From Podarcis filfolensis (taxonomy: Eukaryota): a stretch of 64,000 bases of DNA. The position numbers were made by a program, and so were the translations under genes. Shown one piece after another: positions 52,322 through 64,000 of this stretch. The stretch is taken from NCBI GenBank assembly GCA_964270895.1, contig OZ185442.1, one strand, 5' to 3'. Numbering within the stretch: position 1 is the stretch's first letter; every line of letters starts with the position of its first letter. The notes under the pieces are model-generated. The model saw nothing but the letters and a program-made list of their open reading frames with translations, had not been told where the DNA came from and did not search any database.

Positions 52322-54169
52322 GGAAAGCAGGGCCAGCCTGAAAAGAAACGCATGGCACATTGTCCATTGGTCAAGCACCAAGGCCTGTTTCTTTGGCTGG
52401 GGGCAGCTATGCCGAGAGACCAGCTGAGCCTCACTTTGCCATGGAATCATGGAACACTGTCAGGCTCCCCTTCCACCAAAGGACCAGCAACAATGTTCAA
52501 GGACCACTATCTGCAGCAAGCAACCTTCTTCAGTTCTCCCCCTCCAACGAAGGACATAAACTGGGATGGTTGCTTGGAGCAGAGAAAAGCAGGTGCCCTC
52601 TCCTGAACTGATCACAAACAGCCTCTGTGCCTCCAGTAAACTCATTGACCATCTGACGCACACAGACCCAGCAGTCTGGGAAGGTAAGAGCAGGTGAGGA
52701 GTATCCTTTCCAGGAGACCGCTCTGCTTCAAGGGACCAAGGGCTGCCTTATTATGCTCAGTGCCTTCACTCCAGCTTCCCCCCTGCTTTCCCTTCCTTTC
52801 CCCTCCCCTGCCAGCCTGCCTTGCAAATGGGCAAGTGAACAGCAGAAGGCCATGCAGAATAATTTCTGTGAACCTTGAGAACCCCGTGGACTTATCTAAG
52901 GGTGGAAGTGAATAGGTCTGAATAGGAACATGGTGCTAGTTTAAATGGTGCTACTTGAATCCTTAGTTTCTAGCTCTGTTGGGCAGGAGACCCAAGCAAA
53001 TCCAATAGGGCCACTCCAGACCATGGCTATCCTGTGTGCAACATCAACTGCTTTCCCATTGCCTGCGGAGCAACCTCCTTTACACAGTGCCTGTTATTTC
53101 TCACCACCAAATGCCTTCCCTGCAGAGGCAGCTTTGTCTTGAGGGCAGCAGTGCAGGAACTCCCTCCTGGTTGTTTAGGCAGTTTATACTTCAGTCTCAC
53201 CCGAGTCCCTGCAAAGGAGCAGCTCAGGGCACCTCTGGGCCCTTTACTTCCTGCTGCTTTTGCCTTGGAAATGTCACCTATGGTGGGCAACCAGTGGGCT
53301 TCCATGCAAGACATCTTAGTGGCTTCGGGGCTCTGTCTCCTAGATCAATGTTGGAGCAGTCAGGACAGGAGGATATGCAGCCCAACTCACCCCCCCCCCA
53401 CTTCCAGCACTCCTTTCTTGGCACCTTGTGCTCAGTCGCCAAAAGGCTTAGAATCCGTACCTGTGAGGATTTTGATTTGGGTGTGTTGTGCCAACTCTCT
53501 TGTAGCTGCTGCCTTTGGAACCAAATCAACCTGGCATTTGCCCATGTATTGCCCACTGGGCAGAAGTCGTTCTGAACCCCCTGCCCCACATTGGCAAAGC
53601 CTCCCATGTAAAACCTGTGTGTCGGCCTTGCCCCCCCCCCCCCCCGCCTCCACTCCACCCCCACTGTTAGCTGCTTCTGCTGTTTACTCACTTGAATGCT
53701 GGCCGTTCCAAAGCGTTTGACCGACCGGCTTCTGAAAAAGTGACTCAGCAGAAACAACGCTGACTAGCTCAGCAAAACTGCTGGCTTTACTGAAAGTCAT
53801 ATTTGCTACATTCAAAGACCAAAATAAGTTTGGACACCACCTTCTTCCAGGAGTCCAGCATAGGAGCCGTCTTCTGCATGATGAGTTGCTTTTTTCTTTC
53901 CCTGTCCTTGAGAACCTTTGCAGGGAGTCACATTTTCACATGAAAGGTGCCCCACATCTACCATTTAGGTATAGGTCAGACTTATGTGTCCTTCTTGCCC
54001 AGCAATGCTGCTTACCCCAGCCTTTCCCAACAGGGGTCCTCCAGATGTTTCAGAACGGGCTGATGGGAAGTGTAGTAATTATAACGGTTTTGTCTGTTTT
54101 TATAGTCTTTTCTGTTGTTAAAACCTGACCTGGGACCTTAGGGTTGAACAGCGGGCCACAAATCATATA

Positions 54170-54175
54170 AATAAA
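54170..54175 (+). terminator. Candidate AFG3L1 polyadenylation signal
   Basis: First AATAAA found after the stop at 52321. Another lies at 55149-55154. Confidence 0.35.
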
Positions 54176-57100
54176 ACAGCTCAGAGCACCTGAAGAGGAC
54201 CAGGTTGGGGAAGGCCGGCCTGCCCTGACTGTTGCAACTCTCCAGGGTCTTGAGCAGAGGTCATATGGATTGTGGGCACCTCTGAGACGCCTCTTGGCTT
54301 GCACTCAGTTCAGTAGGTTTCCCCTTCTCTCCTCTTCAGCTTTAAATTTAGTCCTGTATAGAAGGAGAGACAGAGTGCTGCTGAAGTGTGTGCAAGCGTA
54401 GCCTAATTTAAAAATGAAACGCTAAAGCCAGCCCCCAAAAGACAACCAGGTTTCTAAAGAGGAAAACGTGTATCCTTTGTAAACAAAGGCAGATATGCAA
54501 GCCTTGGTAAGCAGATCTGCAGGGAGGGCAACAAGGAGCAATAGATAAAGTACCAAGAACATTACAGATAGCAGTGGTTTGATGTGTCAGTGTGGACACT
54601 ACTGAATATATATCTCAGGTAAAATGGGAGGTATGGAGGCTGAAGGAGGCGTGCAGGATTAGCAGATTGTGACGAAGCCACTGATGAGGGGGAACAAATC
54701 AGGTTGGGCACAAGTCACCCCCAGTTGAGCCTCAGTGTTATAAGTAGGGAGCAAGAAAACACAGTTTGCAAAAAGCAGATTTTGTGGGCTCTGCAGCTGC
54801 TGGCTGGAAACTTACAGCACCCCCCACCACCTCACTTCCATTGTGCTGTGGATTCTGACTTCAGCAGCCTTTCCTTCCATGCAAGGACTAGGGAAGGAAT
54901 CTATTGGACTTGGGAATGCAAGTGTATTTATTTGATAAACAGCCTGTTTTATTCTGCATGTGGGTTTGTTTGTTTGTTTCCTTGCTTCATAAGAACAAAG
55001 CAAAACAACAGAAAAAGCAATGATTTTGCTTTAATGGTTCAGACTACATTGCCAGGACAGGATACACCCTGTGATCTATTGTTGGGTCTGTTCCACAGTT
55101 TTAGAGGCCACTGCTGTCTGACCCCAGGGGTTGGAGGGGGGGGACAGCAATAAATCATAACTGGGCACATTCAAACTTCAAACCCCAAGTGCAGAAACCT
55201 GGATTACACATGTCTGTTGGGTGAATGACAAGACAGTGGTGTGCAGGGCATCATCAAGGTCAGACCTGGGTCTGCAAGGTCAATTGGGCAGTTTTCCTGC
55301 TCATGGCACCGGCAAGTGGATTGTGTGACAGTCAAAGCTGCAGCCCAGCCCCAAGAACAGCAAAGGACACGTTGGGTCATCGCTAGGTGATATCCAGCAC
55401 ACTTCTGATTGGCTCCTGTAAAAGCTGTAGTTCTGCCTCAGCCAGAGCAACTGAGACTTTGTTTTGCCAGTTCTTAGACCTTGCCCAATGAGAGGCCAAG
55501 AGCTGGGCAAGAAGTATCTGGAAGTGCCACCTCCTGCCTTCCTGACCCCTGTTCATTGTGTGCCTGCAGAAAAGCTCTGGTTGGTCCTCTGTGCCCAGGT
55601 AAATACTGTTGCATGTGCTGAGCATTGCAGTGGGAGCAAAGGAGCCCCCAGACAACTGGCTGGACCTGTTGGCATGAGGAAGGAGGGCACGAGAGAATGG
55701 TATGGGTCATTCTAGCTGCTGCTCCTAGAAAATTTGGTTCTGTGGCTTTAAGAAACCCTGATTGCTGTGAAGGACAGCCGCCAGCTCCAGGGGTGATCTG
55801 TCAGGCTTATTGAGGCTGACTTCTCCCACCTGTGCACAATGCAAGGCCACAGGAATTGTGCTTTGCCAAGAGTGAGCAACCCAGAGGTGAGTCTCCAAGC
55901 ATGAAGGGGCTGGACTTGATGGAAACTTGAACTCGCCACCTGGAAGAGCTTTGTGGCCTTTGCCTTCAAGTGGCCTTGATGCTGTCGCTGTGCCAAGTGA
56001 GAAAAATGCAGCGTGCCAGGGAAGTCTGTCCTGGCCAACCAGAGCTGTGTGGCCTTGGCTCCCCTGCTCCCCTTGCCTCTGGGCCTCTGTAATTGTGCTG
56101 ATCTGGTGGTATCCCTGCTGCAGCTTCCTGCCTCCACTTCGGCCAACAAAGCTGACTGTTCCTCAAATCATAGCAAGGATGAAACCAGCCTCACATCCTC
56201 CAGAAGAGGCTGCTTTTCGGTGATGTCCCTCTTCTGCCACAAGCCCCAGTTAGATCCAGCTTAAATTGGCACAGGGACTCGGGGTTCCAGGGTTGGCTTC
56301 TGGTTCCTGTGTTATAAACAACAAACTGGGTTTCGTGAACTGGAAGGGTGTGGATGCACTTGAGAGCATCCCTGCAAACAGCTGAATTTGGCTGTGGAAG
56401 CAAAGGATTAACTTGGGAAGCAGGCAGCTGTTGTTCTCCCTGAGCCCCCTCTCGGCACATGCACACACACATTCCCTGGTGGCTCATATGTCATCTGGGC
56501 ATCATGATACACCAGCATTTCCACTTCAGCTGGCTGCGAGATCGGCTTGTGCTGCAATCAGCAGATGCTTATCTGTTAAGCCGTGAAACTCTGGACAAGC
56601 CACAGAGTCCTCGTCATCTACGCTCTGCGCTCCACAATGGGGCTTGAAAGTTTATCTCCTCTGGCGTGGCAGGCAAAGTGGAGAGGGCTGAGGGCTGTGC
56701 ATTTTTGAATTCCCAAAGAGGAGGAAGGAACGCATCTGCAGCTCCATTTGTCTTGACACAAATCCCTCTTGCCTTAAGATGCCAGCATTTTGCTGCAGAG
56801 GATGGAGGCTGCTGCTTGCTACAGACTCATCCCAGGAATGCATGAGAAGATTTTGTCGCCCTCTGATCTGTTTGGCAAGGAAACCGGCTTTAAACTAAGG
56901 CCCAGACCACCTCTCTTGGTGGCTATAAAGAAATGCAACATTTCCTTCGCCCGTGGCTACTGCGGTGTCTCAGGCTGTGGAGCCGCTCCCCCCCCCACTC
57001 CCTCCCCCAGAAGGATGCAGTCACCCAGAACAGGGCTGTTCTGTAGGTTTGGGGGCTTGTGCAGTGCCCCCGTCTCTGTTGGAGGTCTGGAGAGTCAGTG

Positions 57101-58589
57101 TGGTTGATGGATTAGAGGGCTGGGCTGAGCTCTGGCCTGTGGTCCCACCTAACTGAATGGCATCAGCTGCAAGTCGCCACCTCTCAGCCTCTGGTTCAAT
57201 GTCACTGACAGGCATGTTTCGATAGCAAACACAGTAAGGACTGCGGCACATTTGCAAAGTGAATGGAGCAACATGATTTGAATGGTGTCGGGCTGGGAGA
57301 GAGAAGCTGCTGTTCCTGCCCCATCCTGGCTTTCCCATCCTGAGAAGGAGAGGAGAGGGGGGGGAGGGGATGCAACCCTCTGGGTCTAGCTAACTGGGTG
57401 CCAACAGCAGGTGCCCAGTCTGCCAAGCGGCAACACCAAGTGGCTGACCAGCCATGGTGAGGAAGGTAAGGTAAACTGGACAGTGGGCCCCCAAAGTTTC
57501 TGAGGCCCCCAAACCTCAATAGGGCACAAGAGGGTGTGTAAGCCTTGGAAGGAGCCTGTGCTGAAGGGGACCCCAGAGACTGAACTAACTCCCTGTCCCT
57601 GCTACAAGGGCATTCAGGCACCAGAGGGCCACCACTAGGGAAAACACAAGCTGGGTCCAGCACTTGGCTGAGAGCTTCTGGTTTAATGCACAACAGGGCA
57701 AGAAGCAGTCTCAGCAGCGTGCCTCTTTCCACTGGCACAAAGAGGCCTCCCCAGTTCACAAGGGGACGTACTTAGCTGCTCAATTCAGTCCTGCTCCTTC
57801 CTGGCTTCAAAGCAGTTGTGAGAATGCACAGAGTTGCAAGAGGAGAAGCATGCAGCTGCCCTGATGCTGAGCCAGGCCAAGCCTGTGGATGCTGTGTGCT
57901 AAGAAGACCAAAACCCCAAAGCAGCAGCTGGGAGTTAAGGCCACTGGGAAGAAAATGTGCTTTCGGAAGTGAGGGCTGGTTCCACCCTTTCCTAGCAGGT
58001 CCTCCTGGCAGCTGGACTTTTGGCTTCATCACATATCCTGGAAGTGTTGTAGAAATGGTTCTGAGTTCCCCTGGGTTCCTTTGGTATAACAAGGTTCCTT
58101 TCCCTGGCTGAGACGCTGCCTCCCATCACCCCACCATTGCTCAAGGCACGTGGCTGAAGAAGGGGAGCTTTTTCTCTATTGCTGTGTGCTTCAAGCCGCT
58201 CTCCCTTTCCCGTTTCTACTCGTCCCCAGCAAGGTAGCCTCTTGTTGGTGTGTCCATCGCCACTGGCTTTGTTGAGAAGGTAGCAGCAGAAGGTTCAAAA
58301 GTGCCTAAAGGAAACAGGGCCGCAGCCGTCTCCCCTAGACGTGGCATCTGCTGCCTGGTGTTGATGGCAATGCAAAGAAGGTCCTGATGGGCAAATGTAA
58401 CTCATGGCTGGGGGCTAAGCGAAATGATTTTTACACAACCAGCAAGACTGGCAAATGTCTTGACCTGGGAGGGAGGGAGGGAGGCAGAGGAGGAGGCAGA
58501 ATGAATGTCTCTTAAGGTCACAAATTGCTTGGAATTTGTGGTTAGTGCAAGAGTGAGTGTTGGCACCTTGGTCTGGCTTCTGGCTCTCG

Positions 58590-61500
58590 TTATTCTTCTT
58601 TCGGCTTCTCCACAGTAAGGAAAGTGTCTGCTTTGCTGGCCTGGAGCTCCGAGTCGCTGAGGTGCTTCTTCTCCCGGCCCTGATCACCTTTTGACCTCGT
58701 CCAGGATGGGGAGCGCAGGTAGCCGGCCCGGGGGTTAGGGTGGGGGTGGGGGTGCAGACCTATGCCGAGAGAAAGAAAGGCAGGTCGGGACTGACCAGCA
58801 CACCTGGTTGCTTCCTCACACCGACAGACCTTTCGTTAGGACTGCCATATGTCTGGAATTTCCCAGACATATCGGGGGATTTGTCCGCCAAAAATAGCGT
58901 CCAGGCAGAATTTTCAGAAATCGTTTAGAATGTCTGGGAAAATCCAGGTATATGACAGCCTACATTGGAAGTGTTGGGTTGTTGTTTTTTTGGCAAATTT
59001 CCTCTTTTAAAAAGCTCAAAATTTTTTCTTTCTTTCTTTGAGATTTTGCAAAAATCAGGGCTCAGCCACCCTTTCTTCTGCCCGTATTCTGATTGCATTG
59101 TGTACCAACTAATTCCCCCAGGTCTAAGAGCTTCCCCATTGTTCTGTGGCTGTGCCTTGAGAAAAATCCATTGTACCCGTTGACTCAATATCTCAGTAAG
59201 CAACATCTCTCTTCAGATTTTCTATGCATCTACGAAGATCCAGTTCAGTGGGTAAGAACTGATTTTCGCAAGGCACAGCTGCAGAACGGTGAGAAAACCT
59301 CTTGGACCCTGGGGAATTACCGTATTTTTCCATGTATAACACGCCCCCATGTATAAGACGCCCCCTATTTTTGGGGACTCCAAATTAAGAAAATGGAAAA
59401 TGGCCAATTGCCAGCAGCCCTTGTCACAGCCACCAATCACCAGCACTATCGCCGCTGAGAATCTCCTGCTCGCAGCTGCGACCAGTCACCCAACCCCACT
59501 CTGCACTACCCAAGTATAAGATGAGGGATAATTTTAAAGCTAATTTTTAAATTAAAGACCCTCGTCTTATAGACAGAAAAGTACGGTAATCAGGGCACAA
59601 TACAATCAAAATACAAGTCAAGTTTGGACGAGCCCTTAATTTATGACCCATCTTTCCACATACTGGGTATCAAAGGCAGCTATCTGAAGCAATGTACAAT
59701 AAAAACAAAACAAATATCCAAAGCAGATAAAACAACAGCAGAGCAGAAGAGAAGCAGATTAAAACAGTAACCAACTTAAAATTCTCAGTGAGAAACACAA
59801 AGTCCTCCCACTCCGGCGAGGGGCAGCTAGTCATGCACAATGCCAGCTCCCAGCTGTGTCCACATCAAAGGACACATCCAGCTAGTTCCGTGGGGCCTTG
59901 ATGAGCAGCTCACGTGGGTCTCCCTTGCTGTACTTGCGGCCTGTGCAGCCAATACATTTTGCAAGGCCTGCTCAAAATCAAATAGGCTCCCTTTCCAGAC
60001 GCAGCCTCCCAGTGAAAGAGGAAGGACTTTGAGCCCCGCGTTTTCTGTGAAGAAGTAGAACAGAGGTGTGGGATCCACTGGGTGTTTTTGGCAGATCCCC
60101 TGAGAGTCTGCTCGCCTCATTCTGTGTGATCCATGCACATGATGGCCAATAATAACAAATCAAAAAGCCTGGATTTCCCTCCCTGCCTCTTCTTGTCTGC
60201 TGAGAGTGCAGGGAACTCTCCTCATTAATTCCACTCACACTTTCCCACCAAGGAGGCTGATCTGCATTTCCACTCCATCTGTGTCACTGGGATGCAGCTG
60301 CTGCCTCCGCAGACACCCTTTTCATACCCCTCTCAGCACAGCTGCTCATCGTGCCATTGCTCTGGGAGGGGCAGGAGAAGAGGGCCTGGAAACATGGGAT
60401 GGGGGAGCCCTCCCTCCTCCCTACACACACAGCACACAAGCCCTCCCTAGAGCAATAGCTTGTGCATCATCCTCAAGCAGATAATGAGGACATCATCACT
60501 CAGAGGAGAACCAGCTTGCCCCAGGGAGAAGCTTGATATTTTCCACAATCAAAGAGAACATCCTCTAAGCCAAAGTGTCTCCTTTTCTGAGACACCTGTC
60601 AAATGCTATCTGTTTTCTGAGACTCTTGGCACAGCTGGGCTGCTTAATGAGGCGCACACACACCCCTACCGGCATGCTTGATTAAGCAGATTTCACACTG
60701 TCACTCCATGCTTAGGTTCCTTATCATCACAGGTGGGGTTGATTGGCTCAGGTGACCTTTCTGCCGCAGCAGTTCTGCCTGGGGTGATGTGCAAGCCCAA
60801 CAAGGCAGTTGCCAGGCACTCTTCCCCCGCCACTGCCCTAGTCTTTGTGCCCTAGATCTTGCCTAGCTGATTAAAAGCATCTTACTCTGTTTGCAATCCT
60901 GTTCCCACTTAACTGGGAGCAAGCACCATAGAACTCAGTGGGACTTACCTCTGGCTAGAGATGGATAAGATTACGCTGCAAGAATTGGGCCTCATAGACT
61001 CACTCTTGTGCACTGAACATCGACAGTTTTTTAAAAAGTAATTTTGAGAATTAGATGCATGACGAAAAAGAAAAAAGAAATTAGGGCACCTGAGTACAGA
61101 AACATACTTTGCGGAGCCGTAAGGCACCATACAGAGTTGCCATTTTGCAACTGAATATGCTTCAGGTCGGAAGGCAACAGATCTCAGGGCATACATCTGA
61201 TGCTTAGGCCCTTTGTGGCATCATGTCTGAACTGCTTCTTGTTAAACCTAAAGCCTGGGGAGGGGAACAACAGATCAGAATTATACTGAAATCAATAAAA
61301 TCCTACCGAATGGGGTAACAACTTTAATTCCGGCCAGCAGGAACTATGGTATAAAAAGGAAAGCATTCTAAGAAGCTGCAGAAACGGCAACTTTGTTTGT
61401 GGTTAGAAAATTTTCTAGGATCAAAACTGGAGAGCAGAGTCGCCTCTCCAGATATACTTCTCCTAAGTAATCTCACACTTGCAAGTGAGATTACTAGAGG

Positions 61501-62596
61501 GTGGGATGGGTGGAAAGGTGTCAGCTGACCCCCCCCCCCATAAGGCACTTGCTTAGCTGCTTTGCAAAGCAAATTTATGTGACATTGCCTCTCCCCACAT
61601 GCCGAGCAGGATAAGTGCCACATTGATAATCTGATCTGCAGCCGTTGGCTCGACCCAGCAGTCTCGTCTTGCACTCTTTTGTCAAGGATGATAGGAGTTG
61701 TAGTCCAGCCACATTTCAAGCGCCACAGCTTGCTGATCCCTCTTTTGAATCCCAACGTGTTTCTCCCCCAACCTATCTTAGGCCTATGCAGATGTATGCA
61801 GTTGGAACTGACTAATTAGTTCCTCCATTTTAAAGCTTGCATAATTAATTGGTTTAAGATTCAATCGAGAGACCACGCTTACCAGCAGGGGATTCATTGC
61901 CTGTGTTCTCATCATCGGAGTCAGCAAAGACCTCCGCCAGCTCCTGGTCAGACATGTCTGTAAGCTCAGTTAGGTCCAGAAGGTCAAAGTGCACCTCGAG
62001 GGAGGAGACGCTGCTCAAAGGTTCTGTGGAGACAAGATGTCAGTGAGAACCATGACCAGTTAGGCAGTGTGGGAACAGATGAGAAGGCCCTCTGATAGGG
62101 TCAGTTGTCCTGGACTCGGACATGCCCTCCCCACACTGCAGATGGTCTGCAGACTGAGGCCTGAGAGGGAACACGGGTGGGTTAATGGCAGAGGCAAGAT
62201 TTGAGCCAGGGACTTTCCTGATTCTGTAGCTCAGCCTTTTAGCCTCTGCACTTTAAATGAATGCAAAGTATGCTTCTTATTTGTGGTAAGCTCCCAGATG
62301 GGCCTTTCTGCAGCTCCCAGAAGATGCAGCTGTAAGGGAGTCCAGGGTCTCAGGGGGGGTTGCTGAGCTGGGCTAGGGGCCCAGAAAGGTCTTTCTCCTA
62401 CAGCCAGCAGAGAGCCAACTCCTTCCTTCCAGGTTTTACTTACGCCTGCGTTCCGCAACCTGCAGCAGCCCGGAAGTGGGGATTGGGATCCCTCCTTCTT
62501 CCTCAGCAGGGGGGCTGTGGGGCTCTTCCACCAGTCCATGTATGGGTACAATAATGGGGGCCAGCCGCTCTGGCGTTTGGGCCCCTTTAATCAGCT
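58590..62596 (-). CDS. DBNDD1: Dysbindin domain-containing 1, partial. Exons on minus strand: 62596-62444, 62023-61883, 58759-58590 (stop TAA). First coding exon not found in the window.
   Basis: [21 protein letters not shown] / [39 protein letters not shown] / [12 protein letters not shown]...[12 protein letters not shown]. Phase-1 GT-AG junctions are consistent. Convergent with AFG3L1. Confidence 0.93.
58837..58962. mobile_element. Short hAT-like MITE in DBNDD1 intron 3, 77 bp from the last acceptor
   Basis: Termini TAGGACTGCCATAT / ATATGACAGCCTA. No TSD recognised. Confidence 0.5.
59320..59586. mobile_element. Tc1/mariner (Tc2/Kanga-like) MITE
   Basis: TIRs CCGTATTTTTC / GAAAAGTACGG flanked by TA dinucleotides. 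Confidence 0.7.
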
Positions 62597-64000
62597 CTGA
62601 AACGACAAAGGGTTGCATCTGCTTACAGGAGAGCAGAGGGAGAATCACTACGCAGGCCTGATCAGACCCACCCAGCATCAGCATCCCTCTTCAGTTCAGG
62701 TGGATACAGTTAGGCTTGGTGGCCAACAGGTAGGAGAGGCCTGTTTCCCATACAAGCCTCCCCCCCCCCAATTTGGCACGAAGGAAGCTGAGTGGGACTG
62801 CCCTTTGTTTCTGCAGCGAATTCTGGGAACAGACCCCTAAACTGACACCAGCCTGGATGGCTACTAGCCACGATGGTTCTGCCTCCACAGTCTGAGGCAG
62901 TAATGCTTCTGAAGACCACTGGCTGGGAACCACAGAAAGGGAGAGCGCTATTGCACTCAGGTTCTGCTTGAGGGTTTCCCATAGGCACCTCACTGGCCAC
63001 TGTGAGAACAGGATGCTGGACAGGCTTTTCTAATGCTTCTCTGTCCTTAAACCTCCAGCTCTTTATCCAGGCTGCTCCTGCAACTTATTTATGGCAGATG
63101 AGAAGCCAAGGAACAACTTCCATCCCCCACTTCTACCAAAGCTCAGATGTTGGGTCGCCGTTCGGCTGAGCTACAGCATTCCTCTTTTCTTTGGCTCTCC
63201 ATTTTTGCATTTCTTCACCCTCCTGTACTGAATTCGGCTGCAAGGATTAATCTAGCCTGCCGCGTCAATCATGTCTAGCTGCAACTTGGCTGTCTCCCGT
63301 GTGTGTGTGTGTGTTTTATCCCCTCCTTGCATCTAGCACAGACTGGCACCATGTCAAAAGCGTCTCCCACGGTTCTTCCACTTAAACTTCAGCTTAAGAT
63401 ATTTGCTGTTGCTCTTCCTGCAGGTTCCTCCTGCGGCCTCACTCCTTAATAGCTTTCTGTTCGACTCCAAGCCCTTAACCAAGCCTCTGCCAACCAAAGG
63501 CCTTCCAGATTCATGGGTGGTAAGTCTGTCAGTGGCTCCTAGCCACGATGGCCATGCTCTGCCTCCACAGTCAGAGGCAACCTGCTTCTGAACAGCAGTT
63601 GCTGGGAATCAAAGTGAGGAGAGGGCTCTTGGGCTCAGCTCCTGCTTGAGGGTTCCCCACTGGCATCTGGGTAGCTACCATGAGAAAAGGACGCCTGGCT
63701 ATACAGCCATACATACAAAATTTCATATGGAAATCTGTGCCCTCTTTTTTACGTAATAGGAATGCCAACCTGCAATACCCCTGTGGTCTTTGTCCTCTCA
63801 TCTTCCCTTCCCATTTCCCTCTTTACGTGGTTCCCGTTCAGGCCAAGCCAAGCCACACAGATGCACTTCTGCAGGCTCATGGTCTTAGAATCATATAATT
63901 GTAGAGTTGGAAGGAACTCGGAGGATCATCTAAGTCCCACCCCCTGCAATGCAGGAATGGGCAGCTGTCCTATACTAAGGTTACCAGATTTTTAAAAGAA

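Noticed and set aside
53034-53757. Overlapping 228/179/159-aa ORFs downstream of AFG3L1
   Set aside because: Non-ATG or weak starts, no recognisable domain, no splice structure. Would be reconsidered only with Ribo-seq or conservation evidence.

Overview
Vertebrate genomic DNA from a squamate reptile (lizard; Sauria-SINE, Squam-type SINE, CR1, L2 and Penelope-like repeats, tentatively lacertid-like). It holds the syntenic block MC1R(+) - TUBB3(+) - DEF8(+) - AFG3L1(+) - DBNDD1(-, partial), the order known from human 16q24.3, but with no CENPBD1 ORF. All coding exons in the window were mapped by hand from GT-AG junctions and reading frame. MC1R is 314 aa. TUBB3 has 4 exons and 450 codons, with a 146-N gap that exactly preserves frame. 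DEF8 has 11 coding exons (452 aa). AFG3L1 has 17 exons (770 aa) and is intact, unlike the human pseudogene. DBNDD1 exons 2-4 are present. I see no wholly new gene system. The most interesting signals cluster around MC1R: a strong 5' splice site overlapping its stop codon (predicting MC1R-TUBB3 chimeric receptors), a near-perfect CTCF site 100 bp downstream, a 5'UTR intron that removes a uORF, and an apparent shift of the N-terminal disulfide cysteine. Others are an intronic RE1/REST site and a miR-200 site in TUBB3, an overlapping uORF on DEF8, and a solo LTR nested in a SINE upstream of DEF8. Orthologue and repeat-family comparisons are from memory and need database confirmation.
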